The position numbers and the translations under genes were made by a program. Shown here in pieces: positions 18,591 through 63,841 of a DNA stretch of 64,000 bases. Position 1 is the first letter of the stretch. Every line of letters begins with the position of its first letter. Under the pieces are notes generated by a model, which saw nothing but the letters and a program-made list of their open reading frames with translations, searched no databases and was not told the DNA's origin. This stretch comes from the human T2T-CHM13v2.0 reference genome, Homo sapiens, in assembly GCF_009914755.1 (NCBI RefSeq), contig NC_060936.1; one strand, written 5' to 3'.

Positions 18591-18874
18591 GTATGTAAAT
18601 TTATTTTAAGGTTGAAATCCCTTCCTAGCTTTGTTGTTTAAGGCTACCCAGTGATCTCCCACCCTTTACACCGTGGTTTGCCCAATGTGAGTTATCTTTA
18701 TATCTTCACTATCTAGGTCACCCCACGCTTCATCTCCTATACCAAATGCAAGTGCGTTCTTTGCACTTACATCTTTTTCTTCTGAACTCACTGCTATCAC
18801 CTTCAACATCTGCTACATTTTGGAAACCGGATAAAAAAATGTTCTATCATTGGCCATTCTAAATTCAGTTCTCT

Positions 18875-19040
18875 CTCATTTCCTTTTTCACCAAGTTGTG
18901 TTTTGGCTTAGACTTCATAAACTTCCACTTTCTGAATGAAGGTGCATCTATTCTACTCCTTAAACACAAACATATTTTCCCACTACTGTGAAAATGTAAC
19001 CAATTTCAGTTCTTACACCAACCTGCTCCAAACCACAAGA
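18875..19040 (+). promoter_or_regulatory. Candidate proximal CLEC9A promoter with two IRF-Ets composite motifs
   Basis: On the - strand, GAAAAAGGAA (18880-18889) and GAAAGTGGAAGT (18921-18932) fit GAAANNGGAA; 170-220 bp upstream of the ATG. Confidence 0.45.
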
Positions 19041-19097
19041 GGAGTTACTTGTTCCAGCCTCCTGTGTGGACTGCTTTCCTATCAAAGCACCTTAGAC

Positions 19098-32045
<12,948 letters not shown>

Positions 32046-32412
32046 AAGAAATTGTGTTCAAAGTGTTCTATTACACTGTTATTTGGAGCATGCCATTGGA
32101 AAACCCACCCCCACCCCCCCTCAAAAAAACAGAACAGTAAACCAAAATGTGGGCCATGAAATTAGCAACCTGGGACTCAATAATACACTTGGGAATATTC
32201 TTCCACACCGTCCAGATTTCATTTGATGTTGTTCACATTGCAAGAGTAAAACTTATTTAGAGCTACAGAAGACAAAACCCTGAAGAGTTAAGAACAAACG
32301 CAAGGAAATAATTTTTATTGTTTAAAGCCCGGAATGACTGTAACTTTCACACAAGGTACGCATCTATGTTTTTGGGGGAGGTGATGTAGTTACAGCTGAC
32401 TAATATTTTTAA

Positions 32413-32426
32413 AATAAATAAATAAA
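32413..32426 (+). terminator. CLEC9A: CLEC9A polyadenylation signal(s), overlapping AATAAA
   Basis: aataaataaataaa about 370 nt after the stop, followed by a GT/T-rich tract. Confidence 0.75.
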
Positions 32427-35400
32427 TTTGGCCTTTAAAACTCACTGTCTGTGAGATCTTTCTATGCATTTTCTAGGCTTTCAGGCATTATGTTATCAGA
32501 CTGATAGAAGAACAGAGATACGAATTTCCAAACTGGAAGAAAGGCAGACTTCTATCTGCAGCCTGTAAGACAATGTACTTTTTAAGATTTGATTTCTTCT
32601 AGAAAGATGAACTACTAGAAGTTGACATAAGCAGAAGGAATAGTCAGGATGCCAGGATCAGAATGTTCTCCAGAGAATTCTGTGAATTCCCTCTTTCCTC
32701 TCAATGACCATGCCTGGCATTCGCAAACCAAAGGGCTCATGGTCTGGTCCCTCAGGGTTAACACGCCAACACTTTTGATTACGTCTTTCAGTGCCTCGAT
32801 TGCCTCATTGTAAAATAACAGCAGAACTTACTCCAAAATATTGTGTGAGGAGTAGACTGTAAATATATGTCAGTGCTGAGAATAGTCTTGCACAGAGTTG
32901 AACACTCTATCAGTGCTTGGTTTTGTTCTCTGGACTACACCACCAATCATCTATACACATCAACCTTTATTTGTGCATCCCAGGCAAAAATGATCCCTTT
33001 TTTTGCTCCTCTTGGAGGGATATTCAGAAGTTAAAGTTTATGTGTAAAATGTCAGCAACTCTCTGGAGAGAATATCTGCTTTAAAGTTAATGGATTCTCC
33101 TCAAATAAATCTATAGACATTCTCTGCCCTAAGTCTGTAGACTCCCTGAAGCATGGACTATCTTATTCCCTAGAGACCATTAATAGCAAAGAACCCTGTG
33201 ATCTACAGAAAGAACAGATTCTTTAATTATTATTATATTACTTGTTACCACTTACGTCCCTGCAAGAACGCCGTACCACATAGTAGGTTCTCAATAAATA
33301 TTTGCTTAATTCAGTATAATTTTATTTAATTCTTCATTTCTCATAAAGAGGAGCTGAGATTCATTAGATTATCATCTTTTCTTCCTAAGCATAAAGGCAT
33401 CACTTAAATATATAAAGTAAAAAAAAAACCTAATTCTCTGAGTCACTGGAAATCATTTAAATGAAACTAAATATCCTCTTACCTAAATGTCCTTTTACAA
33501 TGGGTAAGGTTGTGTAAGGATGAGAAGAGCATGTTTTTGTTTATTTACCCTTGACCTAGAGTTTAAATGTGGGAGTTTAAGTAAAAGAGATTTTTCTCTA
33601 ATTTTCTGCAGAACCTGAAAAAGGAGAATAGCAGAGAAAACACAGCATATATTGTCTCCTGTGTTTGATTTTTACAGCTGACAGCTGGCAGCTGAATGTA
33701 ATAACCTGGAATAAAGGAGAAACAATAGTGGAATTTACTAGCAAAGACTGTTTGCCTTAAAGATTCTTCAAAGTATTGTCATGGAACTATGTTTAGAGGA
33801 AGGATACGAAGCACTTATAATCATTCTTTAAGAAGTACAATAAAGCAAAAGGCAAACATCCTTCAGCTGATGTCATCCCGTAGTGTATGATGCAGTATTT
33901 TCAAATTAGAATTTATCTACAGCGCAGCTGACTTCAGCTCCTACAAATCTCCTCAGCAGCGATGCTACTTTCCACACAGATGCTATAGTTGGGTGATTCT
34001 TCTCTGCAGGTTGCTTTTGGTCCAGGATACCAAGGCTTTTCAGATACAACACTGAGTATGCCAGTCTTATATCCTAGTCCCACCAACAATGAATTGGGCA
34101 TCTTAGATCTCTTTCATTGAGTTCTAAGTTAGTCTTAAACAAACGAAAAGAAAACTAAAAATAAAACTATCCTGCAAATGTGAAGAGTTTTTTTACATGT
34201 TTGGTTAAAGTACATTAAATGTATAAAAAGTATACATAATAATATTGGTAGAATAATAGTAGATACTATTCGAGCCTAAAAATCTATTCATATAATGAAG
34301 CGTGTACAAAAGTCACGCAGACTTTAAATCAGAGGATCCTGATTTGTTTGTAATCTTCAAATACTGTAAGAATCTCTCTACAGAGGAGTTGACTCCCAAA
34401 TATTAAAGCTGGCCCAGAGACAACCTGCTAACCTACTAGACTTTTCTCCTTGTTCATAATGTGTTTGTATCCTCAAAATAAAAGCTCCCCGTTACTCTTC
34501 TCACACTTCCTGCTGTTACAGGGCTCATGACCTGTTTCCTGTTGATAAATCCTGAAAGCTGGTTCAATATCCTCAGGAAAAGAAAGAGCTTATTGTGTAC
34601 CGGAGATCTCAGCTCTACCAGGAAAGGCTGGGCTCCTCGTTTGACTGTTCCTGCAATTTCTTCAGAATTACATAAACAAGAACCTAGAAAGAAAAAAGTC
34701 TCCTCATCCAGAAAAACCAGTTCATACAGTGCCCCTCTCTGATTCTCAACTGGATATTGTTCTTAGCAAATCAGATTTTAAAATTCACTTTATCATTATG
34801 TCCTATTCTTAATATCATTTTTCTAAAGTGTGTAGTGAGAATGCTATGCTATACACTTTTTCTGTTGTTTTGAAATGTTTGTTCACATTGTGATCAATAT
34901 TGTGAGTTTTGCTATAAAGACAAAGGGATTAAGGGGAAACATGAAGAATAAACTCAGGGAAGGAGCTGAAGTATGTCAAATGTATGCTATTTTTTCCTCC
35001 TCACAATCTAAAGTGACACTATCCCTTAGTCCCAGACTTGGAATGACATACCATTCAAAACTCACTCTAGGCAGCTAGACCCTTCACATCAATGGCACTT
35101 AAAGAGTGGCTTGTCATCCATCCCTGAGCTAGAGTGCAGCCACATAGGATGCTAGGAGTCAAAACTTAAATGAGTGCATGTCTCTGTTTTACAGCTTAGT
35201 CCACAAAATCATTTGACTTCCTCCTATCAGTCATATTTTCTTTCTGTAGCAACAAGGCTTACATAACAATTGCTTAACTGCAGGCTTACTTCTCATTTCT
35301 TGTTATGTACCTATTATATGAACTACTTTCATCGAAAATCTGCACTCATCATCAAAAATATTTGGTAATAAAATCCTTAGCTCCCCAAAGTAGGTGCCCT

Positions 35401-35442
35401 TCTACAATTTGTTCATAAATACAGATTTCCAAAGAAGTTTGT

Positions 35443-35852
35443 TGTTATTAATAAATCAAGTTTAGCCTAACGCTGCCTTTTTACGTATTTTAAGTTTAGC
35501 TTAAAGGATTCTCTGTACATAATGTCAACTATAACAAGTTGAGGGGTAAACAGACCCTAGTCTACACTTGTGCCAATCACTGTGCTTTGGCCAATCAAAT
35601 GTAGCCAACTGTTTGAATTGTGTTCAAATAAGGCAAACTCCGAGCTGTAAGCAATCCAGCTTTTTCTGTACCTCACTTCCGTTTTCTTTACTACGTTTTC
35701 CTTTTTCTGTCCATAAATCTTCTTCCACCACATGGCTGCACTGGAGCCTCTGAGTCTACTCTGGCTCTGGAGGCTGCCTGATTTGTGAATGAGTCATTGC
35801 TCAATTAAACTCTTTTAAATTTAATTGAGCTGAAGTTTTTTTCTTTTTAACA
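35443..35852 (+). mobile_element. MER57-like ERV1 solo LTR between CLEC9A and CLEC1A
   Basis: aagtttagcctaacgctgcc...gccaatcactg...gccaatca...gctcaattaaactc...cttttttaaca. Confidence 0.75.
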
Positions 35853-35980
35853 TTGCTTATGCATGTGTATGTGCGCCCCTATATTTAAAAATAAATCACT
35901 AGATCCTTTTAAAAATATTTTCTTGACTTCCCTTACATTTTTTATTGCAGTTCACATTATGAAACTGATTTCACATTTAC

Positions 35981-35986
35981 TTTATT
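35981..35986 (-). terminator. CLEC1A: Candidate distal CLEC1A poly(A) signal (a proximal candidate is at 36908-36913)
   Basis: tttatt on + = AATAAA on -, downstream of the CLEC1A stop. Confidence 0.5.
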
Positions 35987-37744
35987 TCAGCTAACAGTAA
36001 CATTATGAGGAAATTATAATTATTTCTACTTCATATGCAGTGAAATAGGTTTCATGAAGTAAAGTGACTTGCCTAATAAGTAAATCAGAATAAGAGGTCT
36101 AAAATCTTCATTTTCTAACCACAAATACAGTTTTCTTTGCATGACACAATATATCAACAGAACTTGCTCGACCCTGAAGAAAATTTTAAGGAAATCAACA
36201 GAAAATTGAAAGGAAAGTTCTCAAGGAAGAATCCGCAATAGTCTTTGCTAAGTGACAATCTAACAAAATGAAGTTTATGAAAATGAGCACCAATGTGTTC
36301 TTTCTATCATATGATTGCTACTATACGTCATTTTACCATGAGATAGATGTTTATGAAAAACAAAACTGAAGCACCTCAGTTTCCACTGTTGAAAAACAAA
36401 GATTTATAATGTTATCTTTTCTAGCATAAAACCCTCAAAATTGATTTATCAGTAAACCAATAAACTTGGTGGCTGTGATGGTGTCATTCCCAATGATCCC
36501 TGTTATATTTGTGCATGGAGTCATCTCAAGAAAGAAGTGCCTCACAAAGGAGCAGCTACAAAGATGTCACTGTCTCTGTTCATTTCCCATGACCTGACTG
36601 GAAATCATGTGCACTAATGCAACTCAGCTTCCTCATCAACCATGTGTTGATGCCATAAGCTCACCTCAAAAGATTTCATTTTAGGAAAACGTTAAAACTG
36701 TTTTCTTGAAGCCAACATGTATTTCAAAGACATCTTATTTTCTCCAGATAATCATGTAATCAGTACTCTTGTAAATTCCCCAAAAACTTTCAGTAAGGCA
36801 CAATCAAAATAATGACCGCTATCATATTTTGAAAAGCATTTCCATGCTGAATTTTCCCACCAACCATAAGTCCATTGTAAAATCACACACACTTCACAGT
36901 ATTTACATTTATTATTATTAAATCTTCAGTACCTGAAAGGTATAAATATGGGTCAATGGAAGAAAATAGGAACTGAAACTATTACAGGTGCAGATGAAGA
37001 GGCTCACTTTTTTCTGGTCTTTAATCTCTCTGAAGGGAATATCGGGGACGGTAGTTCTGATATGAAACGGAGATGGGGATATATTTCTTTCCTGGGAGAA
37101 ATTCCTATGGAGGGGAGACAATTATCAGAGTCTTAATGGACACAGGAAGGAATGCTTATAAGGCATTGAGATTTGAGATTCTCATATCAAGTGACATCCC
37201 TGTTGGGAAACGGCATGGACAAGGCAGATGGGGTCTTTACTGATGGATTGGGAAGGGACTAGTATGAACTGAAACAAACAAAAAGAATTCCTTGTGTATT
37301 TGCTGGTACAATCTGGGAAGTGACTGCCAATTTCTGATGGACTACTTGACTGTCAGAGAAAAGGATGTTACCTCAATGTATTTCCTCTACTTCAAAAAGT
37401 TTCTTATTCCACCAAGTGTAAGGAAGACATGAAAACAGGGAGGTGATATTAGACATTGAGAAGAAAGAGAGCTAAAAGTTATCTCTAAGCCAAGAAGGCA
37501 GATGACATTATGGGTTTCTGAGGTTGGTTGGTGGCATGTAAATAAGACTTCTTGTGACTGTTAAATACGTGCATAAACCCAAGCTCAGAAATGCTGGTGA
37601 TCCTGAACAGGAAACACGAGAACCCATTTTGTACTAGTCAGAGAGATAGTCTTTCCTGATTATGTTCCATTTCCCAATGTCTCAACTAGCCCTTGCTTTG
37701 GCACCGCCTGGCTCACTCTGCTATTTGTAGTTGCAGAGGGCGAA

Positions 37745-55901
<18,157 letters not shown>

Positions 55902-56908
55902 CTGCAGGTAACAGAAGAGAAAGCAGAGTTTGGCTTTTTCTTCCTCTTGCATCTAAGTCAATAACAGGTAAGGGAGTGGAGTTAATTCTGCACAAGAACA
56001 AATTAGGCTGGACAACGGTAACAGGGGCTGGATAACCTGCTTTCTGTCCTCAGAAACATCATCATAAGGCTCAGTGCAAGCCTCACTTATCACAGCTAGA
56101 TTTTCTCACAAGCCCCACCCGTTTGTATCCACCCCTCAAGTCTTACTTTGCACTGAATCACACTATGCATTACCATTATCTTTATGTGGTTCTTTGTACA
56201 ACCTTCTGCTTGTCAAAATTCTAATTATGAAAGACTCTCATGAAAATGTCTGAAACACAGCCTGAGAATCTCTGAACCTTACCAAGGGACAACTTTTTAC
56301 ATAATCAGGGGAAAGATGAAATTAATTTGTTGTTACTTTTGAAAAACATCCCCCTTCCCCCAAGTTCCGTATATGCTTTTTCTAAAAGGCAAATTGCATG
56401 TTAGTAATGGGAAGTAATAATTTTACTGTTTTTCTGTGGAATTGCTTAATTGAAAGTCCCGCTATTGTAAGGATATTGTTTATTCATTCATTTGATTTAT
56501 ATTTTTTCAAAAATAGATTATAAAGAAACATGATAATCAATTTCAGAAAGATGAATCTAAACTATTTTTGCAACAGTTAAATAATTTTTAAAACTGTGGC
56601 AAACATGGTTTCCTCGCCCTCCATTCCCATAAGTTTGACTAGTAATTGCAGAGGTTTTACTGTAAGTCATGAGTAGACCCCTCACCTAGTGAGGTCACCT
56701 ATCTGAATCTGAATGACCTAACATATCTGAAGGGAAGAGTCTCAGTCAGGTGCAGGTAGCATCTAGCATTGTGATAAAAATGAAACAAAGAGAGAGTGAA
56801 ACCCTCAAACAAACTGTGATCTCTTTGTAGCCCGTTAGTTCTACTTCACTGAGAATTCAAGTCACGTTCTGAAACAGAAAGATTAAAGAGATCGGAGGGG
56901 CTTTTTGA

Positions 56909-57242
<334 letters not shown>

Positions 57243-58901
57243 AATTCTAGGTAGAGATTTATATGAAACGTTATTTCCAAATGGGGAATGATAACTAGTA
57301 AAGAATATAGAAATAGACAGTATAATTACTATCCTCTGGAACTTACAATCTAGTAGGCAAAATAAGTTAAAGTCTCGGAGAAGACATACTGATATATTTT
57401 TAAATGTGAATCTTATTTCTTAGCAATCATCTCCTTCATAAGTAGCTTTCATTACATTTAGAATAAAATACAAATCACTTTTCACAGATTGCTCCTTTTT
57501 TTAAAAAAAAATGGCAATTTTATTATGCTACTTCCCTACTTAAAAACTTCAAAAGCTTTATTGCACTTAAAATTAAATCCTGCATTAGTCTTATTGAGAC
57601 CTTCCTTAGCTCTTTCATGCCTTTCTGAACTATTTTCCCCTCACTCACATGTACTCCTCACAACGGTCTCCCGTTTAGTCCTTGATCTGATCAAGCTTGA
57701 CCCTAAGCACCTTGTATCAGCCCTACTTCTGCCTCTGCATTAATTTCAGTTTCAATGGCACATCCTTGGAAGAGGTCCGTAAGTCCATCTCTAGCAGATC
57801 ACTCACCCTGTACTAGGTAATCTTTTCATGACTTTTGTTTCTTTTTGTCTGTCTCCTTTCTCTCCATTTAACATTCCATTACAACAATGATCTTGTCTAT
57901 CTTGTCCACCAGTCCATTTCCACTACTGAAAGTAGTGCCTGGGACATAAGGGCTGAGTAAATCTTTGACAGCTTAAATAATCAAAAAATGAAATAATAAA
58001 AAATTAATATGACTTAAACTATTTAAGTTTTAAAGAGATAAGTGGGTTCTCCAAAGTTAAGTTTACAGGTTTTTGTTTTTGTTTTTTTTGTAGGCTATTG
58101 ATTTTCAGCAACATCTATGTCAGCAGAAAACAGACTCAGCTAAATACATCTCCCAGCCATGTTGGTTTCTATACATTGACTTTTGTGAGATTATATCATG
58201 AACAAATCTAAGGGAGATTTGCTTCCTCCTGTTTCCTTCAGTTAACTGAGCTATGTGATTTAGTCTTAGTTTTTCTGGAAAAAGATGGTTTTCTCGTGGT
58301 ATTGACTGTAAAAGTATTTCAGATCAGCAGAACATAAAAAAAAAAAAAAGATTAGAGGCAGAATATATAGTTTGGGTTAATCATCCTCTCCAAAACCCTA
58401 TATTTGTAAACTTCCATACAGTCCAAGAAAGTTAATCATATGGATGTTTCTAAATTCCATAGTTAAAAGTGCTTATGTGAGCCCACCACCATGGTGATTT
58501 TATTTTTCCACATACCTCTTATTACCATTAAATATATTGTATATCTTTGTTATTTCATTTAGCTTATATGTGTCTTACTCCAGGAAAAATTAAGCTCCTT
58601 CTTGGAAAATATTTATTTATCCATTATTGCAACCCAATTCCTAGGGCAGTAGTTGAAATAAGCTCAATTAAATTTAAATAAATGAATGAATAGGTCCATT
58701 TATACAAATACCTGTGTTATATGCCTGCCTACCCCTACTCAAACACAGTTACATTAATATGCATCTCAAAGTCATAATAATTTTTTAAATCCTGTGTCCT
58801 CTTATAATTAATATTTGTCTGGCTGAAATTAAAAATAAGAAGTAAAGGAGAAGAACTATGACAGTCAACCAACTTATTTATCTCTTTATAAATCTGTTTT
58901 C

Positions 58902-59270
58902 CACCAGGCACGGTGGCTTAGGCCTGTAATCTCATCACTTTGGAATCCTCCCAACTGAAGCAGGAGGATTGCTTTGGGCCAGGAGTTCGAGACCAGCCTG
59001 AGCAACATAGTGAGATCCCATCTCTACAAAAGATAGCAACATAGTGAGACCCCCATCTCTATAAAAATTTTTTAAAATTCATCAGCCATGGTGGCACACA
59101 CCTGTAGTCGCAGCTACTCAGAAGGCTGAGGTGGGAGGATTGCTTGAGCCAGGGAGGTCAAGGCTGCAGTGAGTCGTGATCGTGCCACTCTACTCCAGCC
59201 TGGGTGACAGAGCAAGATCTTCTCTCAAAAGTAGTAATGAATGAAATGAAATAAAATAAGATAAAATAAA
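58902..59270 (+). mobile_element. AluJ-like with internal ~34-bp tandem duplication
   Basis: agcaacatagtgaga..ccatctcta.aaaa twice (59001-59066); TSD ataaatctg(t/c)tttc. Confidence 0.85.
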
Positions 59271-59685
59271 ATAAATCTGCTTTCTCTCGCATAATATTGA
59301 GGACATAGGAGTTGTTGTTTTTCTGCCCAAAGGACCAAAAAGAGTGAATTTAAATTCCTACTGTGAAGTGAGGGCCTGGACTTTAGAAATCAGAACATCT
59401 TTCAATAATAATTATATTCATGAAAAGAAAAAAAATACATGATCCTTCCTAAGATTGCCTCTAGGGCAGAAAAAATAAAAGAAGTATAACAGGCTTTAAA
59501 AAGTTTTTAAAAATCTCTTCTAAGAAATCCTCTTTCTCTGATCAAATTTTCATATTTTGAAATTTTTCTTCTCTCTTCCCATCTCCCTCTTGCTCTCTCG
59601 CTTTCTCTCTCTCTCTTTTTCAAAATTCTCCTTCCAATCATTCTATATAAAAGACATGGAGAAACACAATCCTAGGGAGTTCATC

Positions 59686-59742
59686 TTCCAGGAAACCAAG
59701 CTCCCATGACGGAAAGTCCATGAAACTGAAAGTTTCACTTTT
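59686..59742. promoter_or_regulatory. Candidate cytokine-responsive enhancer in CLEC1A intron 1 (GAS + kB-like + ISRE)
   Basis: TTCCAGGAA 59686-59694, CGGAAAGTCC 59710-59719, GAAACTGAAAGT 59722-59733, AGTTTCACTTTT 59731-59742. Confidence 0.4.
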
Positions 59743-62700
59743 TCTTTTTCTTTGATACTATTTTTCCTTCTAGATGTTTTTCTTCTAACTGTGAGTCTAA
59801 TGTTTCTCAGTTTTATTCCAAGTGCTCCTAATCATACTGAAGTCTCTCTCCAGGGATCACCCTCACCCTAACATGAGACAGATTTTCACAAAAATAAGAT
59901 GCCTAGGAGGTCGCTTGAGTTTGGTTTGGCTTTATTGTGGTTTTATTTTTTGGAAGAGAACCCCTTTGCTGTCTCCTGAGGCATGTTTAGAAAGGGGTGT
60001 GGACAGGCCAAGGAATGATATAAACATCCCTAGGAATAATAAGATATATATAGAAAAAAAAAAAAAAAAACCTTTCCTGTATCCTCTTAGTATTAACCAT
60101 ACTATAAAAGGCCTTAGTGCTAGGGTCAAATTTTGGATACCAATTACTGTGTAATTATATGAAACTTTGTGGGTGGAGAGTTGTCAGACTTAACCAGTTA
60201 CCCTTCATCAGGCATCAGAGAGGGAAAATTTTGTTTTCCACCCAAGAAACTAAGCTGACATTACCATATACAGTCTATTAGTATACCTATGAAATGCAAA
60301 AGGTCTTAAAAGCTGGAGAAGACACCGAGAGTTTAAATAATGTGCATGTTACAAACTAGTTGCAGAGCTAGGATTAAATCATGTTTAACGCTATACTTTG
60401 CACACTTTTCCATGAGCCAGTCAGGAATCACAGAGACATGGGGGCAAAACTGGTGGCAATGTACATAATATTTCAGAAAGCACTTTTTGATCCCTTTGTA
60501 TTTTGAAATGTAAATGTCTTTGTTTCCTTAATCCTCACATATGGCACATAGGAAACTTCCTCATGGGTATCTGAGTTCACGGGTTGAGTCTGCTTTTCTG
60601 TGTTCATGTAAATGCAGGTTTCTTTTCTCTTATGAATCTATTTCAAATATTGCTATTTTCATACTCTCTAAATGAAAATCTGTGTTATCCTTCCTATTAT
60701 TTGAAAAGAGTATACATCTAAAAACATATGAGCTATTTCTAGAATATCATTGAGGTTCCAATTCACAGTATTTAGAAATTTAATTATATTTTTCCTCTTC
60801 AGTAAAAGTTAGGTGACTCAATTTTATATCCCCATCAACAGATATTATTTACTGAAATATAATTCAAAAACAACATTACCATTAATGATAATTGCTCAAA
60901 TTTCTTGAGTTACTGAGAAAAATGTCTTATATGAATGTTCTCATCTAGCCTCACAAACACCCCCTATAAGGTAGATATTATTATCTCATTTTACAGGTAG
61001 GGAACTGAGGCCTAGCAGGTTTAGACAGCTTATTCAGGAACACACAGCTACTATTAGCAATAGTTACTAATGAACTATTAGTAACTCCCCAGGATTGTGT
61101 TTCTCCATGTCTTTATATAGAATGATTGGATGGAGAATATTGAAAAAGAGAGAGAGAGAAATAATTATTAATAGTAACCATAAGTGTGTTCTAGATACAC
61201 TTTATTTCACTGGAAGCAACTTTTACAAAAATTGAATTACCAAGGAGTCACTTAAGTTGCCTAAGTCACTAAGTTGCACAGAGCTACCCAAGCTGACTGA
61301 TTCCAGAGCTGGACATTTTCAATCATCTTCCTATCCTCCCAACACATCTCAGATCAATATTTATACATGGCAGTGCATCTGGAATCATAGAATGACAGCA
61401 GCTTGCAACTTTTCCCTTCTACATTATGAAATGTCCACTCTACCAGCAAGATGAATTCTGAAAGCATAAATTTAATCATACTTCCTCTCTTCCATAGGAA
61501 GAAGTTTCCCAAGGCTCTTTCTGTTTTAGTCAGTTTCTTAGTGTGCTGTATCAGGCTCCTCCTAATAGGATCCCATTATACTTCTTAGCCTCATGGGTCC
61601 AGATCATGTCACTTCCTCTGGGAACTCGCAAAACTAAACTCAATCATTCCTATATTGCTTCTGCGGCCTCCAACATTGATTTAATAGCACTAAATGACAT
61701 TTACTACAACTATTGATTTAGAGTATTCCTTCCACTTCTCTAAGCACCTGAAAAAGAGGCTCCTCTAGTACATCCCATAATGTCTTGTCATTAGTAGGTT
61801 TGACTTAAAGAGTTGTTGAATCAGTTAACAGCGATTTATGTCATGACTGTGATGAGGGATTTATGCTGTAATTGAGGAAATAAAACTAAAACGCTGGGAA
61901 GTTCAATAGTACTGTAATTAATGTGAACAAGGGAAAAGAGGAACTTGAATTTATTATTAAATTTTTTTAAATTATTTAACCAAAGTAATTTTTCATATTC
62001 TTTTGATAGGATAAAATTTAGTCTCTGGCAGGATCTCAGCCTGTCAGTTATTTCATCCTCTCTCCTCTTACTGTACTGTTAATGTGAAGTTCTCTCCCTG
62101 AACTTATTTTCAATCTGCAATTGAGTTAGAATTTCCCACATCTTAAAAAATCATTCTTAAAATCTGTCACCCAATGCTGTAATACCTCAGCAATAACCCA
62201 TTTTATCTTCAAAAAAAGAGAGAGAAAGAAAAAGAGAAAATGACTTAAATTGTTTATTTTATTATGTAACCATCAGTTCCTTTTCAAACCACTGCTGTCA
62301 AAACTAAATATTTTCCTCCTTATTGATAAATTGTTAAATAATCATTTTAGTCTTCCTTTTGCTTAAACTCTCTGCAGTATTTGTTATTTGTTGTTTTTAA
62401 AACTCACAGTCATTATCATTGACTTTTCTAATACTCTTGAATTTATTGTCCTTCCATTACTCTAATTTTCCATTACTCTTGAATTTATTGTCTCTTGATG
62501 CCCTTGTTGTCTCTCTCCAAGACTCCTGCTTCTACCACTCTCTGCTATTCATCCCTGGTAGCTCCTTTTGGAATCTTTCATTCTTCTTGCTCCTCAGGTG
62601 TTGATATTCCCTCAGATTATCTCCTTGACACTCTCTTCTGTTCATTCATGTTTTCATTTTACATTCCCTCCCTCAGTGATCTCACTCACTCTCATACATT

Positions 62701-63791
62701 TTAGTTACTATCCATTTATTTGACTTAATGACTTAGGTACCTCATTTACTTTATTTATTTAATTACTATGCCAGTAATTCCCACATGTCTATGTAGCCCA
62801 ACCCACATCCTGCATATACGGGTGTCTTTGGACAGCTCCAAATGCATGTCCCTCCTTCTGCAGACCCCTTAAACTCAAACTCAATTCATCATCTTTCCTG
62901 TCCCTTCTATAGTTTCTGTCTCAGTTAACATCAGCACCATCTACATTACATCAAACAGAACCTAGTCAACCTACCACCGAAGTCCCTTTCCTTGTCTACT
63001 CACATGTAACCAATCACCGATTATCTAAACTCCATCACCTCGACATCTTTCATATCTGATTCTTTTTCCTCATTTTTACTATACTGCCTCAGTTCAGGTT
63101 CTTCTACCCTTGTACTGGACTAGTGGAAAAATTTGGTATCAGCACATGCAGTTTCATATACCTTCAACCTATCATTTCCATTGCAGCCAGGAAGGTCTTC
63201 CCAAAATGCAAAATTCTGTTTCTCCCTATCTAAATCCTGCATTGACTTCATTTTAACTATTGAATAGAATTAAAATAGATCAGCATGCCCTAAAATCCCT
63301 CCTTAACTTGCCAGACTTACCCCTTTGCTAAGTTTCCCTCCTCCAACTCTACACCTACGCCATACATATTGCTTATAGTTCTCTAAAAATACAAAGCTAC
63401 TGAAAACCTTCATGACTTTCCCTTCATATGTCTCTCTGTCTATAGTGTCCCCAGCCTCTCAAACACCCTCACTCCCGATTCCTTATTATGTGGAAGATGT
63501 TAAAATTAACTCAACTCCACAGTTGCTCCTTCTGTTAAGCCTTTCCTGAACTCCTCTACTTAATTAGGTAAAAATTAAGCCGAAAGCTTGGTTAAGCTCT
63601 CGGCTGTACTGTACATGCTTCTGCCATAACACCTTATTATACTTACTCCTTAGTTGAGAATTGTATTAGACTTTCAATTTCCTTATGAACAGGGACCATA
63701 TCACATTGGACATTATATCCTCAGTACTAGGATAACATGACCCCAAACATAAGTTTGTGAAAAATGTATGAGGTTGTTGTTTTTCATTTTC

Positions 63792-63841
63792 ACTATCTTA
63801 ATTGTTTGGCATTTTTACTATCTTAATTGTTTGGCATTTTT
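63792..63841. repeat. Perfect 25-bp tandem duplication
   Basis: actatcttaattgtttggcattttt x2. Confidence 0.9.

Noticed and set aside
18936-19097. In-frame upstream ATG giving a 54-aa N-terminal extension of CLEC9A
   Set aside because: Weak context, lies beside the putative promoter motifs and upstream of the 19040 acceptor; the known protein starts at MHEEE.
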